From positions 32,001-96,000 of the IMG/VR virus record IMGVR_UViG_3300044730_000313: 64,000 nt of DNA, one strand, 5' to 3'. This DNA comes from a virus. Numbering within the stretch: position 1 is the first letter of the stretch; each line of letters starts with the position of its first letter. Below, piece by piece: positions 54,926 to 64,000 of the stretch. The notes under the pieces are model-generated. The model did no database searches. It had not been told where the DNA came from and was given only the letters and a program-made list of their open reading frames with translations. The position numbers were made by a program, and so were the translations under genes.

Positions 54926-56880
54926 TGAATGTAATCATTTATGATATCGAAACCTTAAAAGAATATTTTCTAGTGGTGTGTCTTATTCCTCAAGAACCAT
55001 ATAGGGTTTTTAAGGTGAATCAAGAAGACAACAATCTGGATGCGTTTATCAACTTCACAGAGAAACACAGAGACTATTATTGGGTGGGTTATAACAATCT
55101 ACGCTTCGATAGTCAGGTGGTAGAGTGGGTGATACGCAACAATGAGTATTGGCATGAACTTTCCAATTTGGAAATAGCTGCTAAGATTCATCAAAAGGCT
55201 GCTGATGTCATACATGACGCTAATTTCGATGTGTTTCCTGAATTTAGGGAGTATGAGCTCAGCCTTAAACAGATTGATCTATTCAAGATACACCACTTTG
55301 ACAACAAGAATAGACGTGTGAGTCTGAAGAGGCTTGAGTTTGAGATGGACCTAGAGAACATTGAAGAGATGCCCATTCATCATGACACTGTAGGGATGAC
55401 TAGAGATGATATCATCCTTACGACAGAATACTGTCTCAATGATGTGTGGGCTACCTATCAGTTCTACAAGGTGACCATTGGTGATACGGACCATCCTTTG
55501 TATAAAGGTGACAATAGAATACAGCTCAGACAGGACATACAAGAAGAATTCAACATCCCTTGTCTTAACTATTCTGATAGTAAGATTGGAGATGAGATGA
55601 TTAAAAAGTATTACTGTGAACAGAAGGGTATAGACTATCGTGATCTGCCTAAAAAGGGTAAGTTTGAGAAGAAAACCCATGTAAAGAACTGTATCGCAGA
55701 CTATGTAAAGTTCCAAACGCTCGAGCTGCAAGAGTTCCTATCACGCATTAGGAAGATGAGTTTGGGTATGCAGGATGATTTCAAAGAGGAACTACACTTC
55801 TATGGTAATGTGTATTCCTTTATGAAGGGTGGTTTGCATACAGAGAACAGTCCCAAGATCTTTGAAGCTGATGAGGAGCACGAGATTATTGACTGGGATG
55901 TATCCAGCTATTATCCAGCCATTATCATCAACAATGATCGCTATCCAAGACATTTGGGTAAAGAATTCCTTCAGGGCTATAAGACAATGTTTGAGAAGAG
56001 GTTGGAACTCAAGCCTTTAGCTAAGAAGGACAAGAAAATCAAGGGTATTGTAGGGGCTCTAAAGCTTGCTGTAAACTCTGTTTATGGTAAGAGCTCTGAC
56101 ATACAGTCCTGGATTTATGATAGACAGCTCACTATGTTCACCACTATAACGGGTGAGCTTAGCCTAATGATGCTCATAGAAGCTTATGAACTAGCTGGTA
56201 TTAACGTAATAAGTGCAAACACTGATGGTGTCACTATTAGGATTAAAAAGAATCTAATAGACAAAATGCACGAGATAAACAGCTGGTGGAGTGAGCTAAC
56301 ACAATATGAGCTCGAGAGGGCTGACTATCAAAAGATTATATTTTCCACGGTAAATGACTATCTTGCGATAAAAACAGATGGTGAAATCAAGAAGAAAGGC
56401 GATTTCCTCACTGATTTTGAGCTACATAAGAACAAGTCAGCGCGCATTGTACCAATGGCTCTCGAACAATATTTTGTTCGTAATATACCTGTTGATACTA
56501 CTATTCGCAGTCATAGTGTTATCTTTGACTTCTGTCTCAGACAGAAAGCTTCCAAAGACTTCCACTACGAAGGAATAGATAGGTCCACGGGTGTTAAGAC
56601 TGTGTACAATAAGCTGATTCGTTATTACATCTCCAACACTGGAGAAAAGCTCCTGAAAATCAAGAATGAGGACTCTACAAGTGGTGCTGCAGCTGTTTCC
56701 CAAGTGGAAGCTGGTGAGTGGCTGGCCACTGTATGCAATAAACTTGATAAAAACCATCCTCTGGACAACATCAATTATGCCTATTACATTGAGCGTGCTG
56801 AGAAGCTCATTAGGAAGATTGAAACAGAGGGTAAAGCCCGCAATGTAGTTGTAAATCCTAATCAGTTAAGTTTGTTCTGA
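54922..56880 (+). CDS. polB: Family B DNA polymerase with 3'-5' exonuclease
   Basis: YDIET (ExoI), GYNNLRFD (ExoII), YCLND (ExoIII), DVSSYYP, KLAVNSVYGK, NTDG. Confidence 0.92.
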   Translation: MMNVIIYDIETLKEYFLVVCLIPQEPYRVFKVNQEDNNLDAFINFTEKHRDYYWVGYNNLRFDSQVVEWVIRNNEYWHELSNLEIAAKIHQKAADVIHDANFDVFPEFREYELSLKQIDLFKIHHFDNKNRRVSLKRLEFEMDLENIEEMPIHHDTVGMTRDDIILTTEYCLNDVWATYQFYKVTIGDTDHPLYKGDNRIQLRQDIQEEFNIPCLNYSDSKIGDEMIKKYYCEQKGIDYRDLPKKGKFEKKTHVKNCIADYVKFQTLELQEFLSRIRKMSLGMQDDFKEELHFYGNVYSFMKGGLHTENSPKIFEADEEHEIIDWDVSSYYPAIIINNDRYPRHLGKEFLQGYKTMFEKRLELKPLAKKDKKIKGIVGALKLAVNSVYGKSSDIQSWIYDRQLTMFTTITGELSLMMLIEAYELAGINVISANTDGVTIRIKKNLIDKMHEINSWWSELTQYELERADYQKIIFSTVNDYLAIKTDGEIKKKGDFLTDFELHKNKSARIVPMALEQYFVRNIPVDTTIRSHSVIFDFCLRQKASKDFHYEGIDRSTGVKTVYNKLIRYYISNTGEKLLKIKNEDSTSGAAAVSQVEAGEWLATVCNKLDKNHPLDNINYAYYIERAEKLIRKIETEGKARNVVVNPNQLSLF

Positions 56881-57140
56881 TGGCACATAAGAAACAAAGA
56901 CCACTATCTAGTGATCATCCTAAGCTAAAGATACTAGCTGAGTTGGAAGAGACTAAAGGACAGGGTGCAAAGTTTCCTGATTACAATCCTCCTCCTAAAA
57001 GAAAGACAGAAATGAGGAAGGATGAAAGAAAAGCATATAAACTTCTCAAGGAAAGGGAACAGAAGAGAAACACTCCAATAGCAAAATCATTTGTTGGTTG
57101 GGAGTATAAAGATAGATATGCACACAGAAAAACAGAATAG
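56880..57140 (+). CDS. Hypothetical basic protein
   Basis: Start overlaps the polB stop. Confidence 0.55.
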   Translation: MAHKKQRPLSSDHPKLKILAELEETKGQGAKFPDYNPPPKRKTEMRKDERKAYKLLKEREQKRNTPIAKSFVGWEYKDRYAHRKTE

Positions 57141-57141
57141 C

Positions 57142-57573
57142 ATGAACATTAAGAAAGGAGACAAGTTCAAGGATTACATAGGAACTCCTTGCTTCATTAG
57201 CTATATCAAGGGAGACATCATAAAGCTGTCATTCATAGAAGAGCGTCCACACATGGAGACCTGGGATAAGAAAGAGTTTCTAGCTGAGATTAGCAAGAAC
57301 AGATTCTTTCCACAACCCAAGGTGACTATCAATAGAACAAACATCTCAGAACATCTAGTTGAGTATCAACTCAATATGATAGGCAAAACAGTAGAACAAG
57401 CTCGTGAGTTGGAAGATTGGTATCACCAGTGGACCATGACTACAAAACAGTTTGAACTATTTAAAGCATACGCCATTCCTTTGTTACGTAAGGTATTTAA
57501 ATTTAACAAACGAGCTGCGGAGAATACATTTGACTGGTTTAATCTAGGCTATGGTCTTCGCATAAAAGACTAA
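57142..57573 (+). CDS. Hypothetical protein
   Basis: Start reassigned to MNIKKGD. Confidence 0.65.
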   Translation: MNIKKGDKFKDYIGTPCFISYIKGDIIKLSFIEERPHMETWDKKEFLAEISKNRFFPQPKVTINRTNISEHLVEYQLNMIGKTVEQARELEDWYHQWTMTTKQFELFKAYAIPLLRKVFKFNKRAAENTFDWFNLGYGLRIKD

Positions 57574-57578
57574 CACCC

Positions 57579-57746
57579 ATGTTCTGGATAATTTTAATTG
57601 TAGGCCTCACATTTGCAGGCATAATAGCATATGAGCTTTATCGAGCTCCTAATATAGAGGATGATGATAGTTCTATATATGACCCAACCACTACATGTTG
57701 GGATGATGATGATGAAAACAAAAATCACACAGAAGGTCACTTTTAA
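57579..57746 (+). CDS. Small membrane protein with acidic tail (55 aa), not in the ORF track
   Basis: MFWIILIVGLTFAGIIAYELYRAPNIEDDDSS...; fills the gap between its neighbours. Confidence 0.6.
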   Translation: MFWIILIVGLTFAGIIAYELYRAPNIEDDDSSIYDPTTTCWDDDDENKNHTEGHF

Positions 57747-57755
57747 AACAATTTT

Positions 57756-58313
57756 ATGGGAGCACAACAATTCACCGTTATCAGCAGAGGTATGTCTGCT
57801 AAAGAAGCATATGAAAGAGCTGTGGCTGAAGCTGATGACTATCACGGTCATCAAGAAGGCTATTCTGGAGCAATTAACGCTACACCAGGATTTAGTGATG
57901 CCACTGCTAAGTATTTGGCTAGCAAACTTCCTAGGTATAACTTCATAGAAGAGCGCCTAGACAAACTTACTAAGTTCCAAGGTGCTGAGTGTATTTGTAT
58001 TAAGAAACCTAAGCCTAATACTAACAGGATTAAGACACAAGTGGAGCACATTGTTGAAGCTGGCACAAAGAAATGGGTGCTATTGTATTGTGTCTATGAA
58101 GCCTGGAGCGATAAGTTTATAGCCTCTTTTGAGAAAAAAGGAGAAGCTGTAGCTAGAGCTCGTCAGCATACAGAGAACACAAAAGCAGAGACACATGTAA
58201 GAATAGAGAAGAAGCTTCACAAAGGAATACCACTAACAGCTAAAATCACCTACAAAAAAGCAAAAGATGAAGCAGAAGGAGAATGGGAATTCTACGGTTG
58301 GGCAAGCTGCTGA
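57756..58313 (+). CDS. Hypothetical phage protein
   Basis: GHQEGYSGAI...W.FYGWASC; intact ORF. Confidence 0.7.
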   Translation: MGAQQFTVISRGMSAKEAYERAVAEADDYHGHQEGYSGAINATPGFSDATAKYLASKLPRYNFIEERLDKLTKFQGAECICIKKPKPNTNRIKTQVEHIVEAGTKKWVLLYCVYEAWSDKFIASFEKKGEAVARARQHTENTKAETHVRIEKKLHKGIPLTAKITYKKAKDEAEGEWEFYGWASC

Positions 58314-58551
58314 TTATCTCTACCATTTGACAGATGAGACAGGAGAGGTTTATTACAACTACATAATTATATGTGGAGAACCTTGGCCACACAGAGAGGT
58401 GAGAAAACATCACGCTGCTTTGTACACTTATGGAGAGATGCTTGTAGCAAAAGCTTATTTTTCTAGAAGGAAAATAAGAACATTTGAGAAAATGATTATG
58501 AAACCTGGATACAGAAAGAAAACAAATGACAAACCAACAAAAATTTCCTGA
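58267..58551 (+). CDS. Hypothetical protein (start uncertain)
   Basis: Fills the gap in the operon. Confidence 0.4.
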   Translation: MKQKENGNSTVGQAADYLYHLTDETGEVYYNYIIICGEPWPHREVRKHHAALYTYGEMLVAKAYFSRRKIRTFEKMIMKPGYRKKTNDKPTKIS

Positions 58552-58723
58552 GGACTTTGAGCGGGAAGCACTGAAAGATTCTGTATATTTGCTGGAAGAA
58601 CAACAAAGAATAATGCAGGAGATCAATGAAGAAGAAAATCGCCTGCCTGCAAAGATTACACTTCTTACACCACTCCCTGAACCCAAGCAAGATGAATCTC
58701 AAGTTAACACCCTACCATTTTGA
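58526..58723 (+). CDS. Hypothetical protein
   Basis: Acidic, ends ...NTLPF (resembles an SSB-type tail). Confidence 0.55.
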   Translation: MTNQQKFPEDFEREALKDSVYLLEEQQRIMQEINEEENRLPAKITLLTPLPEPKQDESQVNTLPF

Positions 58724-59318
58724 AGAGCTGATTAAAAAGAGTTATTCTCTCGATCTAATTTTCTTACTAAAGCTGATTGAGGAGCAACATGACATCACAC
58801 CTCTCTGTGAAGGGAGTGTAAAGATTGCTGCGCTTCGTCAGACTTTAGTGAGAAAAGGTCTCATTACAGAGGCAGAAGAGAAACTAACTACCATTGGTCA
58901 AGAGCTCATTAAGTTTATTGACACCAAAGAACCAAAGAAGATTGTAAAGAAGAAGCCTGCAACCACAGAGTTTGAAGAGTGGTGGAAAGCATATCCAGGC
59001 ACAGATACCTTCAAGCATAATGGTAAGAGTTTTACAGGTGCAAGAAGCTTGAGACAAAACAAGGATGAATGCAGACTGAAGTTTGATAAGATTCTTCTTG
59101 AGGGTGAGTATACAGCAGCTGAGATGATAGAAGCACTAAAGTTTGACGTGTTACAGAAGAAAGAAAGTTCTGTGAAGAGTGGGACCAATAGGCTCACTTA
59201 CATGCAAAACAGTCTCACCTATCTGAATCAGCGTAGCTATGAACCATTTATTGAACTAATTAAAGACGGTGTTAAAATTGAACAAGCACCTAAAATTGTA
59301 GGAGGAACCGATATATGA
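58692..59318 (+). CDS. Putative replication initiator/helicase loader
   Basis: N-terminal wHTH-like part, FEEWWKAYP and YMQNSLTYLNQ motifs; upstream of the DnaB-like gene. Confidence 0.55.
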   Translation: MNLKLTPYHFEELIKKSYSLDLIFLLKLIEEQHDITPLCEGSVKIAALRQTLVRKGLITEAEEKLTTIGQELIKFIDTKEPKKIVKKKPATTEFEEWWKAYPGTDTFKHNGKSFTGARSLRQNKDECRLKFDKILLEGEYTAAEMIEALKFDVLQKKESSVKSGTNRLTYMQNSLTYLNQRSYEPFIELIKDGVKIEQAPKIVGGTDI

Positions 59319-59701
59319 ATACAGTAGTAAAACAAATCGTTAGTTGGGCAGACAAAACAGATATGAAAACTATACCTGTTGGCATGCTGAAAGATTGGGT
59401 GTTAGAAATGGAACAACTAGAGGAAGAAGAAAAAGAGTCTCATGAAGCAGAAAATGACTATCTGCCAGATGTTGCGGTATTAAAACTTGTTTATTCTTAT
59501 CTAACTGACCAAGTAGATCCTCAGCCAAGTTTAGATTTAAAAGACATATCTCATTTAAAACCTGAAGATCTTATTAATTATGAAATCCCTTCAGAATTAA
59601 TTACTTATCAGGAGTATACACCTGCTCACATGAAGAAAATGATGGGCATGTTATCTAGAATTATAATTAGAATGGAAGATAAACGTATAGACACTGTATG
59701 A
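59315..59701 (+). CDS. Hypothetical protein (AT-rich)
   Basis: ATGA overlaps at both ends. Confidence 0.6.
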   Translation: MNTVVKQIVSWADKTDMKTIPVGMLKDWVLEMEQLEEEEKESHEAENDYLPDVAVLKLVYSYLTDQVDPQPSLDLKDISHLKPEDLINYEIPSELITYQEYTPAHMKKMMGMLSRIIIRMEDKRIDTV

Positions 59702-60759
59702 GCTTTGATCAACTAAAACAGGAGGTGCAGCTAGGCCTTGATGGCAGAAATGGAGGTATTCCTATGGGCTTTGATAGGCTTAATAGGTATATTGGCATCC
59801 GTAAGAGCATGTACTTTCTAGTGGGTGGTTTGACAGGCTCTGGTAAGACATCCTTCATAGATGATGCATTCGTGCTCAATCCTTTTGACTGGTATATCAG
59901 TCAGAAAGACCCAAAACTCAAGCTACGTATCATATATCGTTCAATGGAGCGATCTAGAACGTATAAACTAGCAAAATGGGTTGGCAGGAAGATATTTCTA
60001 GACCATGGTGTCATCATCCCTGTTCCTAAGCTATTGGGCTGGACAGAGAAGATGAATCATGATGAGCATGATTTGTTCCTGATGTATGAAGACTACATGA
60101 ATAGGATGGATGATGTTATCACCATCATTGATGGACCAGAGAATCCTGTAGGTATAGCCAAGGAACTAAAGGCGCATGCTCTTAAGAACGGGCGCATTGA
60201 GCAAGTGGATGAGTTTAATAAGCGCTATTTCCCTAACAATGAAAGTGAAATAACCATTGTTGTTATTGATCACATAGGCCTACTAAAGACCACTAAGGAC
60301 CAAACCACTAAAAAGCAAGCTATAGATAAAATGTCAGATGAGCTCAGATTTGCTCGTGACTTTTATGGATATACACCTGTTGTAGTGAGTCAGTTCAATC
60401 GTGACATTAGTAATCCTATAAGAATAAAGAACGGTGATGTAGAGCCTCAGCTCGAGGATTTTGCAGAATCATCTAGCACCCAAAATGACTCAGATATTGT
60501 GCTAGCACTATTTGATCCTATTCGCTACAAGGTGGCTGACCCTAGTGGTTATGACCTAGAGAAGCTTAAGGATGAATTCGGTGCTAAGTATTTCAGGAGT
60601 CTTAGGCTAATAAAGAATAGCTATGGCGAAGATGATGTAAGAATAGGCCTAGGTTTTATGGGCCAAATAGGTATGTTCAAAGAACTGCCCAGGCGTAAGG
60701 ATATGACAGATGCTGATTATGAGTCAGTGGTGAACAAGTCCTTTTTTCTAAACAAATAA
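59698..60759 (+). CDS. DnaB-like (SF4) replicative helicase
   Basis: GGLTGSGKTS, VVIDHIGLL, VSQFNR and LIKNSYG motifs. Confidence 0.85.
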   Translation: MSFDQLKQEVQLGLDGRNGGIPMGFDRLNRYIGIRKSMYFLVGGLTGSGKTSFIDDAFVLNPFDWYISQKDPKLKLRIIYRSMERSRTYKLAKWVGRKIFLDHGVIIPVPKLLGWTEKMNHDEHDLFLMYEDYMNRMDDVITIIDGPENPVGIAKELKAHALKNGRIEQVDEFNKRYFPNNESEITIVVIDHIGLLKTTKDQTTKKQAIDKMSDELRFARDFYGYTPVVVSQFNRDISNPIRIKNGDVEPQLEDFAESSSTQNDSDIVLALFDPIRYKVADPSGYDLEKLKDEFGAKYFRSLRLIKNSYGEDDVRIGLGFMGQIGMFKELPRRKDMTDADYESVVNKSFFLNK

Positions 60760-60765
60760 TAACAT

Positions 60766-60936
60766 ATGAGTATTAAATTATTTAGCACAGCTCCCACGGA
60801 AGGTGATGTGTTTTGGCAAGTTGTGCTATTTCCAACAATCACTGTCCTAAGGAACCGTGAGTTTGATGGAGCATATTATGCAGTGAGCGTTGAATGGCTA
60901 TTTTGGTCTGTAACAACTATTTTAAATGACAATTAG
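60766..60936 (+). CDS. Small hypothetical protein (56 aa), not in the ORF track
   Basis: MSIKLFSTAPTEGDVFWQVVLFPTITV...; fills the gap between the two helicases. Confidence 0.55.
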   Translation: MSIKLFSTAPTEGDVFWQVVLFPTITVLRNREFDGAYYAVSVEWLFWSVTTILNDN

Positions 60937-62002
60937 AGATCAGAGACAACAGGAGTTTGCTAACATTTGGATAAACAGCGGTAAACATGGTATACTTAAT
61001 CTGTGCCCTAGATTTGGCAAGATTTACACCACCATCAATATAATTGAGAAGCTGAAGCCAAAGAGCATTCTTATTGCCTATCCAGACAACAAAATCAAGG
61101 ACTCTTGGAAGACAGACTTTGAAAAGCGTGGGTTTGATGACAGTGGTGTTACATACACTACGCACCTGAGCCTGAAGAAGTACACAGAGAATCTGTATGA
61201 TCTTGTAGTGCTCGATGAGATACACCTGCTGTCTGAGGCTCAAATAGAGGCTGCTGCAGAGCTCCTAGAGATAAACATCAATGTCCTGGGGCTCACAGGC
61301 ACTATAACTAGCTGGACAGAGCGTACACTAGCAGAAGAGCTTGATTTGTCTGTTGTAGCCACCTATTCAATAGAGAAGGCTATAGAGGAAGGGGTAATTG
61401 TGGATTATGAAATCACGGTGGTCCGTGTTCCTCTAGATAACAAACGTAAGAATAACTATAAGGGTAAGTTGCGCACTGAGAAGGCACAGTTTGATGCATA
61501 TGGATATGTAATAAACAGCCTAGAAGCGCAGGGCAAATCCACCATGTTTCTTAGACTCGCAAGGATGCGTGTTATCCAGAACAGTATAGCTAAGATGGAA
61601 AAGACTAGAGAACTACTCAAAAAGCATAAGGATGAACGAGTATTAGTGTTCTGTGGTGTCACCAAGATAGCTGACCAACTGGGCATCCCGTCCTATCATA
61701 GCAAGAAGGAAGAGAAAAAGATATTTGATGATTTTGTGAGTGGTAAGGGTAATCATTTAGCTGTTGTAAAGATTGGTAATACAGGAGTGACATACAAACC
61801 ACTCAACCGCGTGATTATCAATTATTTTGACAGCAATGCAGAAAACCTGGCTCAGAAGATCAACAGATGTATGGCTATGGAGTACAACAATCCCGAGAAG
61901 AAAGCACAGATATACATCGTGTGTTCTAATGAGGATGTTGAAGCAAAGTGGCTCAAAAAAGCGCTAGAATTCTTTGAAAAAAGCAAGATAAAATTTGTTT
62001 AA
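60926..62002 (+). CDS. Superfamily 2 (DExH) helicase
   Basis: PRFGKI, LDEIH, GLTGT and QKINR motifs. Confidence 0.85.
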   Translation: MTIRDQRQQEFANIWINSGKHGILNLCPRFGKIYTTINIIEKLKPKSILIAYPDNKIKDSWKTDFEKRGFDDSGVTYTTHLSLKKYTENLYDLVVLDEIHLLSEAQIEAAAELLEININVLGLTGTITSWTERTLAEELDLSVVATYSIEKAIEEGVIVDYEITVVRVPLDNKRKNNYKGKLRTEKAQFDAYGYVINSLEAQGKSTMFLRLARMRVIQNSIAKMEKTRELLKKHKDERVLVFCGVTKIADQLGIPSYHSKKEEKKIFDDFVSGKGNHLAVVKIGNTGVTYKPLNRVIINYFDSNAENLAQKINRCMAMEYNNPEKKAQIYIVCSNEDVEAKWLKKALEFFEKSKIKFV

Positions 62003-62025
62003 TTGAAAGGAATTTCTTATCTTTA
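61994..62025 (+). promoter_or_regulatory. Bacteroidota-type promoter TTTG-N20-TATCTTTA
   Basis: Consensus match upstream of the AAA ATPase gene. Confidence 0.6.
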
Positions 62026-62058
62026 TAGCTATTAAATCACAATAAACCCTTAAAGCAC

Positions 62059-62730
62059 ATGGCAAGTAAATTAATCGGAATTGTAGGTCAAACAGGCACA
62101 GGAAAATCCACAGCTATTAAACACCTAGATCCAAAAGAAACGTACATCATCAATGTAGCAAAGAAAGAACTCCCGTTCAAAGGCTCAGAGAAACTGTACA
62201 ACACAGAGAACAAGAATTACAAGGAGGTGGATGATGCAAACGAAATTACACGTTTGCTCAGGACCATCTCAGACAAAGCTCCTCACATCAAGAATATCGT
62301 TATTGAGGACAGCAATTACATCATGGGATTCAACATTGTATCTAAGGCCACAGAAGTGGGCTACACCAAGTTTAGCTTGATGGCAAAAGATATGGTGGAC
62401 CTATTCAGAGAGTCCCGCAAGCTTCGTGAAGACATTACAGTGTTCTACCTCACTCATCCCGAGACTATTGAGGATGGTGGTGATATTGTAGGATATAAGA
62501 TTAAGACCGCTGGTAAGCTGATTGACAATCAGGTGTTACTAGAAGGACTTATGACTGTGTGTCTATACACGTATGTTGATGAGAATAAAGATGGCACAGC
62601 TAGCTATCATTTCATCACCAACAGGTTTAAAAAGATGCCTGCAAAGAGCCCAGATGGTATGTTTGCAGAGGTTAAAATCCCTAACAACTTACAGTTGGTA
62701 GTGGACAGAGTAAAAGAGTATTATAATTAA
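62059..62730 (+). CDS. AAA ATPase (Sak4/AAA_24-like)
   Basis: GQTGTGKST, IVIEDS, AKSPDGMF. Confidence 0.8.
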   Translation: MASKLIGIVGQTGTGKSTAIKHLDPKETYIINVAKKELPFKGSEKLYNTENKNYKEVDDANEITRLLRTISDKAPHIKNIVIEDSNYIMGFNIVSKATEVGYTKFSLMAKDMVDLFRESRKLREDITVFYLTHPETIEDGGDIVGYKIKTAGKLIDNQVLLEGLMTVCLYTYVDENKDGTASYHFITNRFKKMPAKSPDGMFAEVKIPNNLQLVVDRVKEYYN

Positions 62731-62753
62731 ATCACAAATAAAAACAAAGCACA

Positions 62754-63617
62754 ATGGCAATTCAAGGAGACAAAAGAGAAAGACAAGCATTACCTGAGGT
62801 GAGCAAAAAGGTGGGATTGTTTGAAGCACGTGTAGTGGCTATCAATCCTACAACAGAAGAGTTCAAAGAAGTGTTAAACATTGAACTTCCTGAGGACAGC
62901 AAAGCAACTGAGTATCTAGGTACAAGCAGAGATGGTAACACCTTCCTGCGTATAGATATCTGGTTGCAAGAAGTCAAAAAGGGAGATAAGTTCAAAGTGA
63001 CATTCTTCCTAGAGAACAAAGAGCGTGAGAACAAAGATGGCAGCAAAAAGCAGTATATCGATAATATTGGTAGATGTGCTTGGGCTGATGATCCAAACAA
63101 TCTCGCTGACTGGTTTACAAAGCGTGACTATCGCGTAGCGTTTGTAGGTGAAGAAGAACTCTATGGTTTTATGCGTACATGGTTAGAGCTTGATTATTCA
63201 CAACCTAAGGCAGACTTATCGTTAGAGTGGAAGAAGCTTATGAAAGGAAACGTTAAGGAGCTTAAAGAACAAGTGAATGGTGCTTATTGCACAAATGTAG
63301 CAGCTCTTGCCACCATCACCGTTAAGCAGAAAGATGGTGAGAACAAAGAATATCAGAGCATTTACAATAAAGCATTCCTGCCTGCCTATTATCTGAAGAA
63401 CTTCCGTCTTATCGATTACAATGATCCCACAGTACAAAGTGGTTTGCGTGGTAAGAAGTCTAAGGACCTCAAGCCTCACGAGCGCTTTGTGGTGAACGTT
63501 ACAGGAGAGTATGGTTGTAAAGACTATTACACTCTGCGTGACTTACAGGAGTATAACCCAGATGACAATCTGGTAGCTTCTGATAAGGCACTCTCTGATG
63601 ACGGTAGTGATTTCTAA
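62754..63617 (+). CDS. Putative ssDNA-binding protein
   Basis: Follows the Sak4-like ATPase; beta-rich; acidic C-terminus ending DF. Confidence 0.55.
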   Translation: MAIQGDKRERQALPEVSKKVGLFEARVVAINPTTEEFKEVLNIELPEDSKATEYLGTSRDGNTFLRIDIWLQEVKKGDKFKVTFFLENKERENKDGSKKQYIDNIGRCAWADDPNNLADWFTKRDYRVAFVGEEELYGFMRTWLELDYSQPKADLSLEWKKLMKGNVKELKEQVNGAYCTNVAALATITVKQKDGENKEYQSIYNKAFLPAYYLKNFRLIDYNDPTVQSGLRGKKSKDLKPHERFVVNVTGEYGCKDYYTLRDLQEYNPDDNLVASDKALSDDGSDF

Positions 63618-63634
63618 TTTCCATTCCCCTTCAC

Positions 63635-63673
63635 AGCCCTCATCAGAGCAATCTGGTGGGGGCTTTATTTTTA
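63635..63673 (+). terminator. Intrinsic terminator
   Basis: AGCCCTCATCAGA-GCAA-TCTGGTGGGGGCT followed by TTATTTTT. Confidence 0.75.
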
Positions 63674-63677
63674 TTCT

Positions 63678-64000
63678 ATGATAGCAATTCCTGTTAGCGT
63701 AGGTGAGCTGATTGATAAATACACCATCCTACAAATCAAACGTTCTAAGGTGAGTGCTGATAAGCTTGCAAAGGTGCAGCATGAGATGGGTGCCCTTTTA
63801 CCTTTAGTGGGACCATTTATTGGCATTGATACAATTGCCAGGCTCTACGAAGATTTAATAGGGGTAAACACTCAGCTTTGGGATGTGGAAGATAAAATTA
63901 GGAGATTGGAAAAGGATAAGAGTTTTGGTGATGAGTTTGTAGGACTTTCTAGAGCTGTCTATCATCTAAACGATGAACGGTTTGCTATCAAGAATAAAAT
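63678..64000 (+). CDS. DUF6165-like protein, partial
   Basis: MIAIPVSVGELIDKYTILQIK...NTQLWDVEDKIR...F...SRAVYHLNDERF.IK; runs off the right edge. Confidence 0.7.
   Translation, partial: MIAIPVSVGELIDKYTILQIKRSKVSADKLAKVQHEMGALLPLVGPFIGIDTIARLYEDLIGVNTQLWDVEDKIRRLEKDKSFGDEFVGLSRAVYHLNDERFAIKNK

Noticed and set aside
44997-56880. Introns or inteins in TerL or PolB
   Set aside because: Both ORFs are continuous, of ordinary size, with motifs normally spaced; no homing endonuclease or intein motifs were seen
1-64000. Stop-codon reassignment (TAG/TGA), common in some crAss-like phages
   Set aside because: Giant and core genes are intact under the standard code, and TAG and TGA end tightly packed genes (e.g. 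35041, 33112). No suppressor tRNA was seen.

Overview
The window is about 64 kb of a crAss-like (Crassvirales-type) bacteriophage genome, read in the standard genetic code. Its probable host is a Bacteroidota bacterium, because TTTG-N19-21-TAnnTTT(G/A) promoters and A-rich leaders without Shine-Dalgarno sites recur throughout. From about 49,020 leftwards, the minus strand carries the late/virion module: small genes, TerL, portal, putative scaffold, MCP, ring and auxiliary capsid proteins, tail fibre proteins, IHF-like proteins, the muzzle/stabilisation protein, cargo proteins, a 4,290-aa virion RNA polymerase polyprotein (DFDID motif) and a further giant protein cut by the left edge. From about 49,500 rightwards, the plus strand carries small early genes and the replication module: PolB, an initiator-like protein, DnaB-like and SF2 helicases, an AAA ATPase, an SSB-like protein and a partial DUF6165-like gene. 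The most notable unexplained structure is as follows. (1) A three-part modular virion-decoration kit (Cys-anchored poly-Thr/Ser stalks, a ~60-aa Cys-rich domain and a 'GPF' domain) is reused across several genes and appears to have split the muzzle gene. (2) The early leader contains a twister-ribozyme-like RNA with a large branched insert. (3) A chromosomal-type parS site lies in the C-tract-rich strand-switch region. (4) The virion RNAP contains repeat-bounded AT-rich cassettes. (5) Tandem TAAC-N7-GTTA boxes abut two late promoters. (6) A tRNA-like fold follows the MCP gene. All family assignments come from motif recognition and gene order; no searches were run.
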